Source of the DNA: Verrucomicrobiota bacterium
GTDB lineage: Bacteria > Verrucomicrobiota > Verrucomicrobiia > Limisphaerales > JAFGQR01
Length of the DNA: 64,000 nt
Reading direction: 5' to 3'
Assembly: GCA_016935555.1 (NCBI GenBank)
Contig: JAFGQR010000160.1
Location: 3,062-67,061 of the forward strand
The position numbers were made by a program, and so were the translations under genes. Within the stretch, counting starts at the first letter, position 1, and the number at the start of each line of letters is the position of its first letter. Under the pieces are notes generated by a model. The model worked only from the letters and a program-made list of their open reading frames with translations. It ran no database searches and was not told where the DNA came from. Positions 45,167-59,142 of this stretch are shown here, piece after piece.

Positions 45167-48100
45167 CTAATCGAGTCGCAGCCGGTAGAAGCGCGCCCGG
45201 GTGTCGAAGGCGACGGGCCATTCGACATGTTGGGTGACTGGCGAGGCGGGGATGGTCTGGAGCGGGTGCCACTCGGCACTGCCGAGGGCATCGGCATATT
45301 CGATGGTATAGGTGAAATCCGCCACGGCGGTGAAGGTGAGCAGGGCTTGGGCCGGGGCGGCGCCGGGGACGATGGCGAACGCGATGCCGCTGAGGTCGTC
45401 GCCCGGATCGGAGCCGAGCCGGTATTCCTGGAGGTTTGTCAGGCCGTCGCCGTCGGCGTCTTCGGCGGCGTCGGCGGGGTTCAGCGGGTCGAAGCCGTAT
45501 TGGCGTTCCCAGGTGTCGGGCATGCCGTCGGTGTCGCTGTCGAGGGAGGCTTCGATGGGGCCGGGTGTTGGGGTGGCGGCGAGCCAGTTCACGGGGTCGT
45601 TGCCGAACTGGCCGGGTTCGATCCGGTGAAGCGAGTAGCCGGTGCCGTCGGCCTCGGCCGGCCAGGGGGCGGCATCGTGATAGCGGACGCGTTCGACGAG
45701 GATATAGGGCACGTCGTTGGTGGTGGGAACGCCCGGGCGGCGCAGTTCGATTTCGTCGCTGTCGTTGGCGAGTTTGCCGGAGTAGGGGCCGACGATGAGC
45801 TGGCTGGAGGCGAGCTGATATGTGCTGCGGAAGGCGGCGAGGGCGGCGGGGTTGTTGACGGGGTCGAAGCTGACGACCAGGAGGGTATCGAGCGGGGGGA
45901 TGAGGGTGCCCGGGGCGAAGTCGAAGTCGACGGCGTCGCGCAGGTGCCAGCCGTCGGTGGCGACGGCCAACTCGACGGGGACGCTGGAGAGGTTGCGGAG
46001 TTCGATGAATTCGTCGCGGGTGTTGTCGAGGCCGGCGAGGTCGGGGGGGTGGTACATGATTTCGGCGAGGACGACGGGACCGACGAGGGGGCAGGCGTTG
46101 GTTTTGCCCGTGCCGGTGCGGAATTCCTCGACGCTGCCGGGGTCGTCGACGCCGAAGGTGCGCCCGCTGGAGGCGACGAACTCCTCGCGCTGGTCGCTGG
46201 TGACGTAACGGCCGAACGAGACGCCGTCGGCGGCGGGGCCGAACTGGACGCGTGCCCTGTAGCCGGTGAGGGTGTGATTGACGGCGGCGGCCAGGACGAC
46301 CTCGTCGCCGCCCGAGCTGAGGGCGAAGGGCATGGCGGCGAGTTCGGCGTTGGTGAAGGACTCCTCGTAGAACACCACGAACCCGAACGGGGGCAGGACG
46401 GTGGGCGACGGCAGCTGGTATTTTTCGAGTGTGCTGGTGTCGTCGCTCAGCCACCAGCCGCCGATGTCGACGGGTTGGCTGGTGAGGTTGTGCAGTTCGA
46501 TGGCGTCTTCGAGTGGCGCGTCGGTGCGGGTGAGCACTTCATTGATGACGATCTCGGCCAGGCGCCGCCAGTTGGCCCGGCCGGGCGAGGCGGTGCCGGG
46601 GAAGGCGACCATGCTGGCGCTGCCGTCGGGGAAGAGCCCTTCCGACACATCCTCGGCCTGCGGACCGAACGTGACGCCGTGGATGAGAGTGCCGTTGGCG
46701 GTCGACAGCCCAATGGCCTCGCCGGCGCCCGCCAGCCCAAAATTGACATGGTCCGCCCCCGCGCCGGTGTTGCCGTCGGCGCGGAACCGGACAAACGCGT
46801 TGGTGGCGGTGCCGACGAACGAGAGGGCGGCGATGGGGTGTTTGGTGCGCAGGTTGAGATTGTCGGTGAGATGGAGGCCGCCGAGGGCGACGGGCAGCGG
46901 ATTGGGGTTATAGAGTTCGAACCAGTCGTCGTCGCCGGGCAGCGGATCGGCCAGCCACTCGTTGATTTTGAGGTTGGCGACCGCGCCGAGGACGGGCACG
47001 GCGGCGTTTCGGGCGTCGGGGGTGGGGGTGGTGAGGACCCAGTTGGTGCTTCCGTCAGGAACGCGGCCGATGGACAGGTCGGCGGTTTGGAGGCCGTAGA
47101 CGATGGCGTTGAGCAGGCCGCCGCCGGTGGCCGGCGCGTCGAACAGGTAGATGGCGCCGCCCGTGGCCTTGAGGCCGAACCCGGTGTTTCCGCTGTCGGC
47201 CGGCACGCCCCCGTCGCAGCGCACGCGCAGGAGCGCGTTTGAGGCGAGGGTGGTGCCGGTGGGGAAGACGAAGCGCCGGGGCTGGGTGGAATCATCGGTG
47301 AGGCTGAGGTCCGCGAGGTTCACGGTGTTGGAGGTGCCGTTGTAGAGCTCGACCCAGTCGGGGGTGCGTCCGGCTTCGGCGAGGGTGGCGTTGTTGGCGA
47401 GGAGCTCGTTGATGACGAGTGCGCCGCCGAACGATCCCGGCCCGCTGACGGCCGGGTTCGGGGCGCCCGGGGTGGGGGTATCGAAGAAGACGATGGGGCC
47501 GGTGCCATTGGGGCTGCGGCCCTGGGACTGGTTGAGCCGCTGCGGTTGGTACCACACGGCGTCGATGACCGTCAGGTCGGGCAGGAACAGGCCAAGGGTG
47601 CCCTGGTCGCCGCTCAGCGCGAAATTCACGTGATCGGCTCCCGCCCCGGGGTCGCCGTCGGCCCGGAGTTGCAGATAGCCGTGACCGGCGATGAAACTGA
47701 GTGGGGGGATGGCATGTCGTGCGGGCCAGCCCAGGGTTTCGTCGCTCAGGCATAATCCGCCGAGACTGACGGGCAGGGGGCAGGTGTTGAAGAGTTCGAT
47801 GAAGTCGGTGTTGAACGGGGTGGTGCCCAGCGCCAGCCATTCGTTGAGCCGCAGCGCACGCGGGTCTCCGGTCTGTGCCGACCGGTTGGCCGCGCCGAAG
47901 GTGGGCACGGTGAGCGCCCATGCCCCCGCGGCTCCGGTCTCATGCGTCCCGTCGCCGGCGGGTGTCAGGCGTCCGAGGGACAGGTCGGTGAGTTGCGGGC
48001 CGAAGCTGACGGAGTCGAGCAGGGCGCCGCCGTCGAAGGCGGGTGCGAACAGGCAGAGGGTTTCGCCGTTCTGGCTGAGGTTGAAGCCCAGGTGGCAGCC

Positions 48101-51100
48101 CGGGGTGCCGTCGGGGTCGTTGGCATAGACGACGAGGTAACCGCGGCCGGCGACGCTGGTGCCGGCGGGGAAGATGAACTTGTCAGGGTTGTCGATCTCG
48201 TCGGTGAGCCGGTATCCGGCGAGGTCGAGGCTGGTGTCGCCGGTGTTGTGGAGTTCGATGAGGTCGGGGGTGGTGCCGGCGTGGCTGACGGCGCCGGCGT
48301 TGCTGGCGAGGATTTCATTCAGCAGCAGCGCCGAGGCGCCGGGCTGCACCGTCCACGTGCGAGACACGGTGACGACGGCGTCGGCGCCGAACACGGCGTC
48401 ATTCTGGTAAAAGCCGGAGTCGCGGCGGCCGACGACTTCGACGCCATGGGGGCCGCTGGTCAAGTTGGTGAGCGTGATGGGGGTGGCAACGGGGGTTTCG
48501 GCGCTCCACAGGCCGTTGTCGAGCCGCCACCGGTAATGGGTGTAGCCGGACCCGTTGGGGAACGCGGCGGCGCCGGCGGGGATGCCGTTGCCGGTGCGGT
48601 TGACGCCCACGTGGAGGGTGGCGCTGGTCCAGGGAGTGGGGCTGATGGGTTCGCCCGAGACGGATGCGCCCGGGGGAATGACGCCTCCCAGGTCGCGGCC
48701 GTTGGGGCCCGCCGCCAGTGCCGGCGAGCCGGGCTGCAGGCTCAGCCATTGCCACATGATCTGGGCGTCGGCCCAGACATTGAAGTTGGTGGTTTCGGCC
48801 AGAACGGGCATGTGGTGGAAGAGCGGATCGGCCGTGACGTTGTTGCCGCCGGGGCCGGTCCACGGGGTGCCGTCGAGCTGGTGGATGAGATTGTTGGTGA
48901 AGGTGACGAGGGACGCGGACTGGTTGCGGACGAGGGCTTCGGCATCGGCGATGATATTGCCTTCGAGGTACATGCCGGCCCCTTCGTCGGTGCCTTCGTC
49001 GGCCATGATGATGACGGCGCCTTCGGGGTCCTGGCTGCCGGCGACGGTTTGGCGGACGATGGTGTTGTTGACGAGGGTGTAGAAGTTGCCCTGTTTGGCG
49101 AGGGCGACGTGGTCGATGTCGTAGAACAGGTTGCCGACGATGGTGAGTTCCGAGGTGTCGGCGGTGTCGGCTCCGCCGCTGATGGCGCTGGCCGAGTCGG
49201 GCGAGTCGTGGCGGCGGACGTGCAGGAAGATGTTGTGTTCGACCCAGGCGTCGGTGCTGTCCAAGTCGAGGATGTCGTCGTCGGAGCCGGTGAAGACGTT
49301 GTGGAGGATTTGCAGGATGGGACCGGGTCGGTTGCCGCCGGTGAAGTCGAGCGTGTCGTTATAGCCCTGGGCGCGTCCGAAGAAGTTGCGGAGGAACACG
49401 CCGCGTCCGCCGGTTTTGATGCCGCCGGTGCCGTGGACCAGTTCGAACCCGGCGGTGGCGGTGGGGAATTCGCAGTGCTGGACGACGAAGGAGGCGCGGT
49501 CCAGCGACAGATACTGGACGGCGGGGTTGCCGAAGGTGAGGTGATCGAGAAAGACGATGGCGTCGGTGGCGTGGATGGCCGTGCTGCCGTTGCCTGCGAA
49601 GTGCGCGAAGACAATGCGCGTTTCGGGCGACGACGCCCCGCCGTTCACGGTGATGCCTCCCCAGGCGGCGCCGCCCGGCGCGGCGCTGAACCGGATCCGG
49701 GCGGTGTCGGTGCCTTCGGCGAGGAGGCGTCCGCCGTTGGCGACGGTCAGGCCGGCACCGGGGGCGAAATAGACCGTCGCGCCTTGCTGGATGGTGAGGG
49801 TGGCGCCGGCGTTGACGGTGAGCGTGCCGCTGACGACATAGGGTCCGCCGGCCGCGGTCCAGACCGTGTCGGCGGCCACCGCGCCCGAAGCGGGCTGGAC
49901 GGAGCCGTCGTCATACCAGATGTCCGCCGTGAGCCGGGCGAACTCGACGGCGTTGGAATCGACCGATTGCACGAGCACGCGGTTGATGCCGGGCTGGAGG
50001 TGGACGGAATTGGTCCAGCGGGCGGTGAGGGGGGACCATGCGGCGGGCTGGCCGTTGACGAGGACCTGGCGGGTGTGGGCGGCGTGGGAGGCGCCGAAGA
50101 GGGGGACTTCGGCGTTGGCGGTGAACAGGAGCTGGTTGGAGGAGGCCAGGGAGCTGCCGAGGGTGAGGGCGAGGGGGATTTGGGAGAGCACGACGCTGCG
50201 GCGGTTGGCGGCGTAGGCTTTCATGGTGTCGATCGTGGTGGTGGTCGGCCCGTTGCCCCAGTGGCCGAGCAGCTGGTCAAAGAGGGGATGCAACTGCGAC
50301 GGGTGCAAGGCGGTGTCGCAGAGCCGGAGCAGTTCGCCGTAAAACACCGGGGCGAACAGGCTGTTGGTGAACAGGCGCCGGAGCAGCGGCACGTTCGGCG
50401 CGTTGCCGCCCGTGTTGGGCGGGTTGAGCATGATGAAGATCGAGGAGTTGGTTGAGACGGCGTAGCCGCTGGTGGTGTCGCCCTGGCCGAAGATGGTGTC
50501 GAAGTCGTGGCCGATCAGCACGAAGCGCGGGTCATGCACGCCGCGGTAGAGGGCGTAGTCGTCGCCGCGCCCGTTGAACAGGGAGGTTTCGCCGTAATTG
50601 ATCAGGGTGCCCAGGGCGAAGTAAGCCATCCACTCTTGCACGTTGGCATTGGTGCTGAGGGCCCGGGTGAAGTTTGGCTCATCGGGGATCTGGCTGAAGG
50701 TGTAGGTCAGGCGGACCAGGTCGGTCCAGTCCTGCTCGCTCTGGTTGGAGGTCTTGAAGTAGCCGCGCGTGCGGTAGCTGACGCGGTTGGTGCCCTGGTA
50801 GGACAAGTCCGCGTCGTGCGGGTAGACCGACGCCCGGTAGACGTTGCCGTCGGCGTCTTCGGGATACAGGTTTTCCGCGAGGCCGCCGTTGACCGGCTCG
50901 ACCAGCACGAACGTGCCGTAGCCGGCGCCGCTGCTGGTGCCGTTGACGGGCGCGTTGATGGGGGCGGGGTTGACGCCGTTGATGCGGTATTGAATGGCGC
51001 GCGCATCCGACGCTGCGACGCCGGCCAGGCGCGCGACTGCCGCGCCCATGAGCTGGGCGTGGACGAACTGGCTGTTGAGGTTGACGGCAGCCAGGCCGTT

Positions 51101-54100
51101 CCAGCGGTTGTCATTGGGGAGATGCAGACGGTTGTTGGGCGGCGTGCGCGAGCGCGAGCCGGCGCCGCGGACCCGCACGCCGCCCAGGTAGCGGATCTTG
51201 GTGCCGTCGCCATCCGAGCTGACGAGCGTCACATTGCTTTCCGCGTCGCTGGACCGGTCGCCGGGCGGGAATGCGGCGCGTTCGGTGCCGGTCATGACGA
51301 GCCGGAGGGCGGGCATGGCGTTGCCGATGGCTTCGTCGTCCACCTGGCAGAGGGCGTTGGCCAGCGGGCCGAACACGCCATTGGTGTCCCAGGTGGGAGC
51401 CGGCCAGGTGCGTTCGAGGCCGGAGGTGTCGGCCGCCCGCACGTAGAACTCGACCACGGTGCCGTTGGCTGCGGGCGGGAGGACCGCCCCGTAGAGGCCG
51501 TCGGCGGCCACCCCGTCGCCGTGGGCGCCGTCGTCGAGCATGTTGGTGGAGCTGAAGGCGCCCGGGCTGGTGCGGGTGTGATCGCGGTAAAGCAGGGTGA
51601 GGCTTTGCAGGCCGTCGGCCTGTTCGTCGCGCACGCGGGCGGTGATTGCCAGGGAGTCGGTCGAGCGTGGGATCGGGGGGGCGTGGGTCACGTCCAGCAC
51701 GAGGGGTGCGACGTTGGTGGCTGCGACCGAGTTGGGTCCGCCTGGCGTGCCTTCGAGCGTCGCGCTGGGCAGCCAGTTTTGTCCCGTCGTGTTGGGAAGC
51801 GCCGGGTTGACCAGCTCCATGGAATAGCCGAAGCCGTCGGCGGCGCAGAACCACGACCAGCCGGAGGCGCCGTTATCGACGATCTGGCGGCAGAGAATGG
51901 TGCCGGTGGCCGGGGACGCGGGGGTGCCGCTGACGGTGTAGGTGAAGGTGCTGTTGCCGACGGAGCCGGGGGTGAAGTAGCCGTTGTATTCGGGCTGGTC
52001 GGCGCCTGAGATGAGCACGCGGTCGCTGCTGCTGATGCCGTGGTCGAAGATCGACACGGTGGCGGTGCTGCCGCTGAGCGTGAGGCTCTCCACCCGGAGC
52101 GCGCGGTGCCCGCGCTCGCGGCGCGCCCAGTCCCCTTCGGTGGCGTAATGGACGCGGTTGACGACCTCACCCAGCGGGGTGACCAGCTCGAGGGTTTCAT
52201 CGCTGTTGGCCAGCTGGCCGGTCCAGCCGCCCACGACGTTGGACACGCCGGGGTGGCCGGCCCGGAAGACGGCGGCGTCCGCCGCCACCACGAGGCAACC
52301 CCCAGCGGGGATTGCGACGTTCGGGAAGGTGAACTTGACGCCGCGCGTGAAGCGCCAGCCGGTGAGGTTGACCAGGCTGGCGGTCACGTTGTGGAGTTCC
52401 AGCCACTCGTCCTCGGGACGCCCGCTGACCGGGTTGAACATGAGTTCGCTGATCACGATATTCCCTGCAAAGTCGGCGTCGGGATCCAGCACATAGGTCC
52501 ATTCGCCCCCGGCGAATTCGTTGGGGGGCGTGGCGAGGTCGGTGATGCCGTGTGCGAGGGACCAGCGGACCTCGACCACGCCGTTGGAGGGGGAAAGGAA
52601 GGAGAACGTGTAGGGGCCCGCGCCGGAGCCGTTGAGCGTGAGGGCCGGCACGCCGTTGACCAAAAGGTCGCCCCGGTCCAGGCCGATCACGGGCTCGGTG
52701 AAGGTGATTCGGATCTGCGAGAGAGACCGCACGGTGACGTTGGGCGGCGGTTCGCACAGGGCGACCGAGGGGGCAATGGTGTCGGGGGTGGAGTAGCTCC
52801 AGGTGGCCCCGGGCGCGGCGGCGTTGAACGGGTTGGGCCAGGCGGCCAGGTCGCGGATGCCGTGGGAGTTGGCCCAGGTGAATGCGGCGCAGGTGGCGTT
52901 CACGGGCGCGAAGGTGAAGGCATAGACGGCGCCGGAGCCGGTCATTCCGGTCATGGGGAGGCCGTTGACGAGCAAGTCGCCGGGGTCGACCCCGGCGACG
53001 GGTTCGCTGAACGTGACGGTGACGGCGGCGAGGTTGGTGACCTGGGCGCCCGGGGGCGGCACGACGGACGCGACGGACGGGGGGGTGAGGTCGAGGTGGG
53101 TGTAACTCCAGACGCTGCCTTCCCGGGACACGTCGAACGGCACCGCCGGCTCGTCGAGGTCCTGGATTCCGTGGCTGGCGCTCCAGCCGATGGTGACCGT
53201 CCCGTAGGGCGGCTGGGGGAAGGCGAACGTGTAGATGGCGCCGGCACCGGTCACGGCGGTTGCCGGGCTGCCCTCGACCAGCAGGTCGCCCGCGTCGACG
53301 CCGGTGACCGGTTCGCTGAAGGTGACGGTGATGTGGGTGAGCAGGTCCACGGTGGCTCCGGCGGGCGGCAGCTGCGCAGCCACGGTGGGCGTGCTTGGGT
53401 TGAGCAGCGTGTATTGGAAATGTGCGCCTGCGGCGTTCCCGTCGAACGGCTTGGGCGGATCGTCGAAGTCCTGGATATCCTGGTCGGCGGCCCAGGTGAT
53501 GGCGACCGGGCCGTAAGGCGGCTGGGGAAAACCGAAGGTGAAGGAAGTGTTGTCCGCGGTGGTCAGGGAGCTGGCCGGCACGCCGTTGACCCACAGGCTC
53601 ACCGCGCGCACTTCCGAGACCGGCTCGCTGAAGCGCACGGTGAGGTTGGTGAGGAAGAACACGTTGCCGGCCGGCGGCGTGATATCGGCCAGCGTGGGGG
53701 CAATGAGCGACGGATCGAGCAGGTAGGCATAGAGCTGGGCATTGAACCCGAAGTCGGAGCTGTCGGCGAGCGACTGGTTGAACGCATGCACGGCCAGCAG
53801 GTTGGTTCCGGGGAGGAGGCAGGCGTCGGTGTTGGGCAGCGTGTGGAGCAGGTAGGCCGCCCCGTTGTTGTTGGGTTCGGGAGCGGTGCCGCTGGCGGTG
53901 GCATCGTGCGGCAGTTCGCCCTGCGGCAGGTTGTAGCGGACCACTTCGACGCCGTTGATCCAGGCGATGAATCCGTCGTCGCTCTGCACGCGCAGGTAGA
54001 GGTTGGTCGCGGCGCGGGGGTTGGGGACTGTGAACGGCTGCCGCAGGTAGACGCTCGAATATCGTCCTTGCATGTCGCCCAGCAAGGTGCCGGGGGCTGC

Positions 54101-56983
54101 CGCCGTGTTGTAGGGATCCCCGTAATAGAACGGCGCCGCCCCCTGCCCCCAGGCGGCGTCGTCAAACTCCACCAGCCGCCATGCGCCGGCCGGAGTCGAG
54201 GCCTCGTTGGTGCCCCGGAGAAACCGCCACGTGGCGTTGGACTCGACGAGCAGGGTGCGCGCGTCGAGCGTGTAGTGCCACGTGGCGCCCGTGCTTGTCG
54301 GGCTGAAGGCATTGGGCGAGGGCGCCTGGTCGAGGATGCCCGGCGAGGGGGCCCATCCGATGCTGACATATTCGGCGGAGGGCTGTGAGAAGCTGAACGT
54401 GTACGTGGCGCCGCTGCCGTTCACGCCAAAGGCTGGCACCCCGTTGACGAGGAAATCCGTCGCGTCGACCCCGGTGACCGGCTCTGTGAAGGTCACCGTC
54501 ACCTGGTTGAGCCGGGTCACGGTGGCGGCGTCGGGGGGATTCTTGGCGAGAACATAGGGCGGCGTGCGATCGGTGAGGATGTAGGACCAGCTGCCGGCGA
54601 CGGTGTGATCGAAGGGAAGGTTCTCGGGATACCCGACGTCCGTGATGCCATGCGCATCCACCCAGCGCACCGTGACGGCGCCGTCCGGCGGCTGGTTGAC
54701 CGCGAAGTTGTAGACCGTCAGCCCGTCGCCCCAGACGTTGGTCGCCGGGATCTCGTTGACCAGCAGGTCGGCGGCGTCCACGTTAATGACCCGCTCGCTG
54801 AACGACACGCGGATGTTGGTGAGGACGCCGATGGTGGCCCCGGGCAGCGGGGCGCGAAACACCATGCGGGGCGCGACGGTGTTGGTGGGGGGGATGGTGA
54901 GATGGATGGTGGCGACTGCGGACGTGGCGCTGACGCCATGGACGTCGAAGGCGACCGCGGCGACCGCGCTGGTGCCGAAGAAGGCGCTCCAGACGAACTC
55001 ATACGGGGCGGTGTCATCCGTCCCGATGAGGGTGCCGTTGGCGAGGAACTGCACGTGGGCGACGCCGTAATAGGCGGTGGCGGTGGCGGCGACCAGCAGG
55101 TTGGTGGGCCCCTGGCCGCTGAGACCGTCCGGCGGGCTTGTCAGAGCCACAAACGGCGTCCCGACCGCGTCGTAGACCGTGATCGCCACCGACGCCGAGA
55201 CCCGCCTGCCGCCCACGTCGTCCACCGCCATCGCATACACCACGTGGCGGCCCGGCGCCGGGGGAGTCCACTGGACCGTGTATGGCTCCGCCGCCGCTTC
55301 GCCCACCTTGACCTGGTCGGCGTAAAACTCCACCCGCGCCACCGTGCCGTCCGCGTCCGAGGCTGTTGCGCTGAGGGTGACGGGGCCGGCCAGGAAGCTG
55401 GCTCCCGGGGCGGGCGCGGTCAGGGCGACCTGTGGCGGTTCATTGGTGATGACCACCGGCACGCCGGACAGGTCCATGTTGAAGCTGATGTCCGAGCTGG
55501 TGACAGTTGTCTGGTGGATCTCGACGGCGACCACGTTGGTGCCCTCGACCAGCAGGGTGGCGGGAACGGTGGCCGGGTAGAAATCGTCGCCGTCGTCACT
55601 CGCATTGATGGCCAGCGTCGTCGAAGTCACGGGTCCGGGGTTCATGTTGAAGCGCGCCGCCTCCGTGCCGTTGAGGTAAACCACCGCGCCGTCGTCGCGC
55701 TTCACGTTGAGCAGGACGCTGGCGTATTGGACGGCATTCTCCACCTGAAAGCGCTGCCGGAAATAGGTCGTCACATACACGTTCTGGGGGTCCAGCCCGT
55801 AGCTCACCGTTGTCGCCTCGTCCCCGTCTCCATACCCCAGCTCCGCCAGACCCGACGCCCAGGCGGTGTCGTCGAAGTCCACGGCGGTCCAGGCGGCGCC
55901 CTGGTCGGTGCCGTCGTCCAGGTATTTCCACACGGATCCCCGGGCCACCAGGGTTCGCTCCACCGCGATATTGACCGGCGCGGCCTCGTAGCGGTTCCCG
56001 GCGGCGTCGTGGCCGGTGGCCGTAAACCGGTGGGCTCCGCCTGTGACGTCGCTCCACACGGCGCTGAAGGGAGCGGTGGTGTCCTCGCCGAATTTCAATT
56101 CGTCGACGAAGAACTCGACGCGGGTGATGGAGCCTGAGGGCAGCAGGCCCACGGCGGCGACCGTGATGGGGTTGGTGGTGGCGAAGAGGGCGCCTTGCCC
56201 CGGCGCGGTGAGGGTCACCCCCAGGTTGGCCACCAGCACGCTCACGAGGGCGGAGGTGGCGACTTGGCTGGTCACATCGGTCACGACGGCGTAGAGGGAG
56301 TTGGATCCCACGGGCGGGCTGCTGAGAAGGGCGCTGTAGGGCGCGGCTGTGGCGCTGCCGAACAGGGCGGCGCCGTGGTAAAAGTCGACGCGGGTGACGG
56401 CGCCGTTGGGCGAACTGGCGGAGGCGGTGACGGTGAGGTTGCTGCCGGCGAGGAAGACGGCGCCGTCGGCGGGCGACGTGAGGGTCACGGTGGGCGGCAT
56501 GCCGACATGGAACTGGAAACTGCCGGTGGCGACACCGCTCCCGGAGCGGCGGGCGCCGGCGAGTTGGATCTGGTAGGTGATGCCGGACTGGACCGTGGCG
56601 GTGATGAGGCTGACGTCGGTGTAGCCTGGTGCGTTGTCGTTGATGGCCACCTGGGTCAGGGCGGCGACCGCGGTGCCGGTGAACACGCCCAGGTAGGTGT
56701 TGAATCCGCTGCCGAACGTGTCAAACCGCGCCGTGCCGGTGGCCGGAGCCGTCCAGCGATACCACACCGTCGCGCCCCGGTCCCGAAACCACCCCGCGGT
56801 CAGCGGCTCGCCGCTCTCGGTGGTGGCCCCGACATTGGATCCGGAGGCGCTGGCCGACGCGCCGGACAGAACGATGCCGTTGGCGAAGTGGTCGTTCACA
56901 GGCTGTGCCGGGGCTGGGGTGGAAAGCAATGGGGCCAGCGAGGCGGTTGCGGCGAGGGCGAGGACGGGACGCATGAACTTCAT
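45167..56983 (-). CDS. Giant secreted protein (3,938 aa): Ig-like domains, six ~95-aa Ig-like repeats, two jelly-roll modules, seven LTDs, CotH domain, right-handed beta-helix, thrombospondin-type-3-like Ca-binding repeats, C-terminal FYRL module
   Basis: Listed as a 4,386-aa ORF (45167..58327), but the upstream ~1.3 kb overlaps the real TPR and HupE genes out of frame. ATG at 56983 gives the signal peptide [31 protein letters not shown] motifs include [80 protein letters not shown] and [14 protein letters not shown]. The CotH-like region lies at about 50.3-51.3 kb, and beta-helix repeats at about 48.7-49.9 kb. The TSP3-like stretch reads [25 protein letters not shown]. The protein ends [19 protein letters not shown]...[10 protein letters not shown]. 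Confidence 0.9.
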   Translation of the reverse strand: MKFMRPVLALAATASLAPLLSTPAPAQPVNDHFANGIVLSGASASASGSNVGATTESGEPLTAGWFRDRGATVWYRWTAPATGTARFDTFGSGFNTYLGVFTGTAVAALTQVAINDNAPGYTDVSLITATVQSGITYQIQLAGARRSGSGVATGSFQFHVGMPPTVTLTSPADGAVFLAGSNLTVTASASSPNGAVTRVDFYHGAALFGSATAAPYSALLSSPPVGSNSLYAVVTDVTSQVATSALVSVLVANLGVTLTAPGQGALFATTNPITVAAVGLLPSGSITRVEFFVDELKFGEDTTAPFSAVWSDVTGGAHRFTATGHDAAGNRYEAAPVNIAVERTLVARGSVWKYLDDGTDQGAAWTAVDFDDTAWASGLAELGYGDGDEATTVSYGLDPQNVYVTTYFRQRFQVENAVQYASVLLNVKRDDGAVVYLNGTEAARFNMNPGPVTSTTLAINASDDGDDFYPATVPATLLVEGTNVVAVEIHQTTVTSSDISFNMDLSGVPVVITNEPPQVALTAPAPGASFLAGPVTLSATASDADGTVARVEFYADQVKVGEAAAEPYTVQWTPPAPGRHVVYAMAVDDVGGRRVSASVAITVYDAVGTPFVALTSPPDGLSGQGPTNLLVAATATAYYGVAHVQFLANGTLIGTDDTAPYEFVWSAFFGTSAVAAVAFDVHGVSATSAVATIHLTIPPTNTVAPRMVFRAPLPGATIGVLTNIRVSFSERVINVDAADLLVNEIPATNVWGDGLTVYNFAVNQPPDGAVTVRWVDAHGITDVGYPENLPFDHTVAGSWSYILTDRTPPYVLAKNPPDAATVTRLNQVTVTFTEPVTGVDATDFLVNGVPAFGVNGSGATYTFSFSQPSAEYVSIGWAPSPGILDQAPSPNAFSPTSTGATWHYTLDARTLLVESNATWRFLRGTNEASTPAGAWRLVEFDDAAWGQGAAPFYYGDPYNTAAAPGTLLGDMQGRYSSVYLRQPFTVPNPRAATNLYLRVQSDDGFIAWINGVEVVRYNLPQGELPHDATASGTAPEPNNNGAAYLLHTLPNTDACLLPGTNLLAVHAFNQSLADSSDFGFNAQLYAYLLDPSLIAPTLADITPPAGNVFFLTNLTVRFSEPVSEVRAVSLWVNGVPASSLTTADNTSFTFGFPQPPYGPVAITWAADQDIQDFDDPPKPFDGNAAGAHFQYTLLNPSTPTVAAQLPPAGATVDLLTHITVTFSEPVTGVDAGDLLVEGSPATAVTGAGAIYTFAFPQPPYGTVTIGWSASHGIQDLDEPAVPFDVSREGSVWSYTHLDLTPPSVASVVPPPGAQVTNLAAVTVTFSEPVAGVDPGDLLVNGLPMTGMTGSGAVYAFTFAPVNATCAAFTWANSHGIRDLAAWPNPFNAAAPGATWSYSTPDTIAPSVALCEPPPNVTVRSLSQIRITFTEPVIGLDRGDLLVNGVPALTLNGSGAGPYTFSFLSPSNGVVEVRWSLAHGITDLATPPNEFAGGEWTYVLDPDADFAGNIVISELMFNPVSGRPEDEWLELHNVTASLVNLTGWRFTRGVKFTFPNVAIPAGGCLVVAADAAVFRAGHPGVSNVVGGWTGQLANSDETLELVTPLGEVVNRVHYATEGDWARRERGHRALRVESLTLSGSTATVSIFDHGISSSDRVLISGADQPEYNGYFTPGSVGNSTFTYTVSGTPASPATGTILCRQIVDNGASGWSWFCAADGFGYSMELVNPALPNTTGQNWLPSATLEGTPGGPNSVAATNVAPLVLDVTHAPPIPRSTDSLAITARVRDEQADGLQSLTLLYRDHTRTSPGAFSSTNMLDDGAHGDGVAADGLYGAVLPPAANGTVVEFYVRAADTSGLERTWPAPTWDTNGVFGPLANALCQVDDEAIGNAMPALRLVMTGTERAAFPPGDRSSDAESNVTLVSSDGDGTKIRYLGGVRVRGAGSRSRTPPNNRLHLPNDNRWNGLAAVNLNSQFVHAQLMGAAVARLAGVAASDARAIQYRINGVNPAPINAPVNGTSSGAGYGTFVLVEPVNGGLAENLYPEDADGNVYRASVYPHDADLSYQGTNRVSYRTRGYFKTSNQSEQDWTDLVRLTYTFSQIPDEPNFTRALSTNANVQEWMAYFALGTLINYGETSLFNGRGDDYALYRGVHDPRFVLIGHDFDTIFGQGDTTSGYAVSTNSSIFIMLNPPNTGGNAPNVPLLRRLFTNSLFAPVFYGELLRLCDTALHPSQLHPLFDQLLGHWGNGPTTTTIDTMKAYAANRRSVVLSQIPLALTLGSSLASSNQLLFTANAEVPLFGASHAAHTRQVLVNGQPAAWSPLTARWTNSVHLQPGINRVLVQSVDSNAVEFARLTADIWYDDGSVQPASGAVAADTVWTAAGGPYVVSGTLTVNAGATLTIQQGATVYFAPGAGLTVANGGRLLAEGTDTARIRFSAAPGGAAWGGITVNGGASSPETRIVFAHFAGNGSTAIHATDAIVFLDHLTFGNPAVQYLSLDRASFVVQHCEFPTATAGFELVHGTGGIKTGGRGVFLRNFFGRAQGYNDTLDFTGGNRPGPILQILHNVFTGSDDDILDLDSTDAWVEHNIFLHVRRHDSPDSASAISGGADTADTSELTIVGNLFYDIDHVALAKQGNFYTLVNNTIVRQTVAGSQDPEGAVIIMADEGTDEGAGMYLEGNIIADAEALVRNQSASLVTFTNNLIHQLDGTPWTGPGGNNVTADPLFHHMPVLAETTNFNVWADAQIMWQWLSLQPGSPALAAGPNGRDLGGVIPPGASVSGEPISPTPWTSATLHVGVNRTGNGIPAGAAAFPNGSGYTHYRWRLDNGLWSAETPVATPITLTNLTSGPHGVEVVGRRDSGFYQNDAVFGADAVVTVSRTWTVQPGASALLLNEILASNAGAVSHAGTTPDLIELHNTGDTSLDLAGYRLTDEIDNPDKFIFPAGTSVAGRGYLVVYANDPDGTPGCHLGFNLSQNGETLCLFAPAFDGGALLDSVSFGPQLTDLSLGRLTPAGDGTHETGAAGAWALTVPTFGAANRSAQTGDPRALRLNEWLALGTTPFNTDFIELFNTCPLPVSLGGLCLSDETLGWPARHAIPPLSFIAGHGYLQLRADGDPGAGADHVNFALSGDQGTLGLFLPDLTVIDAVWYQPQRLNQSQGRSPNGTGPIVFFDTPTPGAPNPAVSGPGSFGGALVINELLANNATLAEAGRTPDWVELYNGTSNTVNLADLSLTDDSTQPRRFVFPTGTTLASNALLRVRCDGGVPADSGNTGFGLKATGGAIYLFDAPATGGGLLNAIVYGLQTADLSIGRVPDGSTNWVLTTPTPDARNAAVPVLGAVANLKINEWLADPLPGDDDWFELYNPNPLPVALGGLHLTDNLNLRTKHPIAALSFVGTATNAFVRFRADGNTGAGADHVNFGLAGAGEAIGLSTANGTLIHGVTFGPQAEDVSEGLFPDGSASMVAFPGTASPGRANWRRLAEIVINEVLTRTDAPLEDAIELHNLTSQPVDIGGWWLSDDTSTLEKYQLPSPTVLPPFGFVVFYEESFTNAELAAMPFALSSGGDEVVLAAAVNHTLTGYRARVQFGPAADGVSFGRYVTSDQREEFVASSGRTFGVDDPGSVEEFRTGTGKTNACPLVGPVVLAEIMYHPPDLAGLDNTRDEFIELRNLSSVPVELAVATDGWHLRDAVDFDFAPGTLIPPLDTLLVVSFDPVNNPAALAAFRSTYQLASSQLIVGPYSGKLANDSDEIELRRPGVPTTNDVPYILVERVRYHDAAPWPAEADGTGYSLHRIEPGQFGNDPVNWLAATPTPGPIEASLDSDTDGMPDTWERQYGFDPLNPADAAEDADGDGLTNLQEYRLGSDPGDDLSGIAFAIVPGAAPAQALLTFTAVADFTYTIEYADALGSAEWHPLQTIPASPVTQHVEWPVAFDTRARFYRLRLD
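52490..54860 (-). repeat. Coding tandem array of six ~95-aa Ig-like repeats (2 + jelly-roll insert + 4) inside the 3,938-aa protein
   Basis: The unit consensus is readable six times: (V/I)[19 protein letters not shown]..(V/L).G(S/A)G..YTF.F.QPP.G.V.I.W....GI.D......F. Examples are [38 protein letters not shown] and [38 protein letters not shown]. Boundaries are approximate. Confidence 0.75.
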
Positions 56984-57045
56984 AGTGATACTGGCGGATT
57001 CAGACGTTGCAGACCAACACAGGGTTACGGACGGTGGAAATCGGG

Positions 57046-57993
57046 CTAGGGCTTGGGGCCGGGACCGGGGGAGGATGCGGGCACGGGCAGGCTGGCGAGC
57101 GAGGAGCGAATGCGTTTCTCGAGATCCACCATGGCGGGCACGGCGCGGCGTGTGGCGGGCAGGGTTTCCATCGCCTGCAGGGCGGCTTGAAAAGCCTCGG
57201 CGGCCTCCCGGGTCCGCCCCGCCTGGCGCAGGATGTCTCCCCGACGGGCGAGCCAGGTTTCCTTGCGGGGGTAATGTGCCATCAGCTTGTCGATCCGGGC
57301 CAGCGCGGCGTCGACATGGTTCTGCTGGATCTCGATCTCGATGGCGGCCAGCTGCAAGGTTACCAGGGGCCCGAGTTCGGCGAGGCCCTCCTCGAGACCC
57401 CGCAGCGCTTCGGCAAGGTGGGGGCCGCCTTCGGCGGCCAGGGCCTGCGCGCGTTCGAGGTAGAGTTCCGGCGTGGGCGGGGCGCTGACGCGAATGGCTT
57501 CGCTGTAATCGCGGGCTGCGGCGACGCCTTCGCCGAGCCTGACCTGGGCGCGGGCGCGCGTCATGAGCGCTTCGGCGTGGCCGGGTTGAATCGCCAGGAA
57601 GCGGTCGGCAGCCACCTTGGCGCTTTGGAACCATTGGGCGTCCAGGAACAGCCGGGCGCGCGCGAAGTGGAGGAAATGCCAGCGGTTGCTCAGCGTTTGG
57701 GCCCGTTCCAGGTCGGCTTGGGCCGCATCCCAATCGCAGTGGGACCGGTGCAGTTCCGCGCGCAGCCAGTAAAGCTGCGGATTGCGAGGGGACTGCGCAA
57801 TTTGTGTGGTGGCGTCGCGGATCAGGTCGTCCAGCTCGCCGTGCGCCGCGGCGCGCGGGGCTGGCGCGACGCAGGCTCCGGCAGCCAGCAACGCCGCGCA
57901 CCACACGGCGCCGACACGCCGAGCCAGACGCGCGGTGTCGCGAGATCCTGTCGGGGCTTCCGATCGATTGAGTGAGTGAGGGAGGATTTTCAA
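57046..57993 (-). CDS. TPR-repeat protein with N-terminal signal-like segment
   Basis: Lies in the frame of ORF 57046..58638, which upstream overlaps the HupE gene. TTG at 57993 overlaps the HupE stop (TTTTGA) and gives ...[29 protein letters not shown]. Helical TPR-like repeats follow ([29 protein letters not shown]; [29 protein letters not shown]). The start codon is uncertain. Confidence 0.65.
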   Translation of the reverse strand: MKILPHSLNRSEAPTGSRDTARLARRVGAVWCAALLAAGACVAPAPRAAAHGELDDLIRDATTQIAQSPRNPQLYWLRAELHRSHCDWDAAQADLERAQTLSNRWHFLHFARARLFLDAQWFQSAKVAADRFLAIQPGHAEALMTRARAQVRLGEGVAAARDYSEAIRVSAPPTPELYLERAQALAAEGGPHLAEALRGLEEGLAELGPLVTLQLAAIEIEIQQNHVDAALARIDKLMAHYPRKETWLARRGDILRQAGRTREAAEAFQAALQAMETLPATRRAVPAMVDLEKRIRSSLASLPVPASSPGPGPKP

Positions 57994-59135
57994 AAGGGCA
58001 GAACTTTGAAGTCGAAGAGGCGTTCGGCCATCCAGATGCCGGCAACGAGGACCACGCCGGTGGAACCGAACTTGAAGGCCACCGTGCGATAAGCCCAGGA
58101 GCCGGCCATGAGATAGGCCAACGGCAGAAACACCGCGACGATCGCCAGCTGGCCCAGTTCGACGCCCAGGTTGTAGCCCGCAAGCGCCACGGCCAGCGCT
58201 TCGCCCGCCAGACCGAATTCGAGCAGGCCACCCGCCAGCCCAAACCCGTGGACGAGCCCGAACGCGACGGCGACCATCCAGCCCCGCTGGCCGTACCAGG
58301 GCCGGAGGTTGTTGCAGGCGGCGGCAATGACGGAGGCGGCGATCAGCGGCTCGACGATGCGGGGCGAGATCCGCATCACGTCCAACACCGCCAGGCTCAA
58401 GGTGACCGAATGCGCCAGCGTAAAGGCCGTCACAATCTGCAGCGTGCGCCACGCCACCGGGCGAAACGCAGGCTCGCACACCCACCGGCCGTCGGCGCGG
58501 CGGAAGACTGCGGGCAGCAGCAGCGCCAGGAGAAACAGGATGTGGTCGGGGCCCTGCCAGATGTGGCCGACGCCCTCGCGGATAAAGGTCCAGGCCTGGG
58601 CGCCACGCGAGGCGGGTTCCGCGAGCTGGCAGCGCCAAACCGGCTGGCTTGCGTCGAATGCCGCGACCTGGGTGCGGCCGACGTGCTCGACGCGCAGGCG
58701 CCCGTGCAGATTGGTATCGACGCCCAGCAGGGCGCGGCCGTTGATTTCCAGGAGGCGGATGGCGGGCGACTCAAGGGGAGCCGCCCAGGTGAGGCGTTTA
58801 TAATCGCCGGCGGCGAGGCGCACGGGTTCGACATCCTTGAGACGGATCGCCAGGGAGCGTCCGTCGGCGGTCAACCCCAGCCGGTGGAGGATGTCGGAGG
58901 CGAACCCGTCCGTCCAGGACTCCTGTTGTTCCGGGGGGAGCGCGGCCCAGCGTTCTGCGGACAGGGGCAGCGCCTGCTGCAAGTCGCTGACGGCGACGTC
59001 CCAGTAGCCTGTCACATTCGTGGCGGTGACGGCCACGGTCAGGAACGTCTCGCTGGGCGTGTGGGCGCGGGCGTGGGGACGGGCGCACACCGCGACAGCG
59101 GCCACCGCAAGCGTGATCCAACGTTGGAGGGCCAT
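57990..59135 (-). CDS. HupE/UreJ-family membrane protein (putative Ni/Co permease) with ~190-aa N-terminal periplasmic domain
   Basis: 381 aa, with signal peptide [24 protein letters not shown]. HupE/UreJ core motifs are readable: [37 protein letters not shown] and [13 protein letters not shown]. Confidence 0.85.
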   Translation of the reverse strand: MALQRWITLAVAAVAVCARPHARAHTPSETFLTVAVTATNVTGYWDVAVSDLQQALPLSAERWAALPPEQQESWTDGFASDILHRLGLTADGRSLAIRLKDVEPVRLAAGDYKRLTWAAPLESPAIRLLEINGRALLGVDTNLHGRLRVEHVGRTQVAAFDASQPVWRCQLAEPASRGAQAWTFIREGVGHIWQGPDHILFLLALLLPAVFRRADGRWVCEPAFRPVAWRTLQIVTAFTLAHSVTLSLAVLDVMRISPRIVEPLIAASVIAAACNNLRPWYGQRGWMVAVAFGLVHGFGLAGGLLEFGLAGEALAVALAGYNLGVELGQLAIVAVFLPLAYLMAGSWAYRTVAFKFGSTGVVLVAGIWMAERLFDFKVLPF

Positions 59136-59142
59136 CGCGGGA

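Noticed and set aside
45227-54388. + strand ORFs 45227..47242, 47942..50455, 50507..52009 and 52040..54388
   Set aside because: They are Gly/Val/Asp/Ala-rich antisense shadows of the 3,938-aa minus-strand gene. No independent motifs were seen.
56984-58327. N-terminal 448 aa of the listed 4,386-aa ORF
   Set aside because: This extension overlaps, out of frame, the well-supported TPR (57046..57993) and HupE/UreJ (57990..59135) genes. It translates to Arg/Pro/Ser-rich low-complexity sequence. A clean signal peptide begins at ATG 56983.
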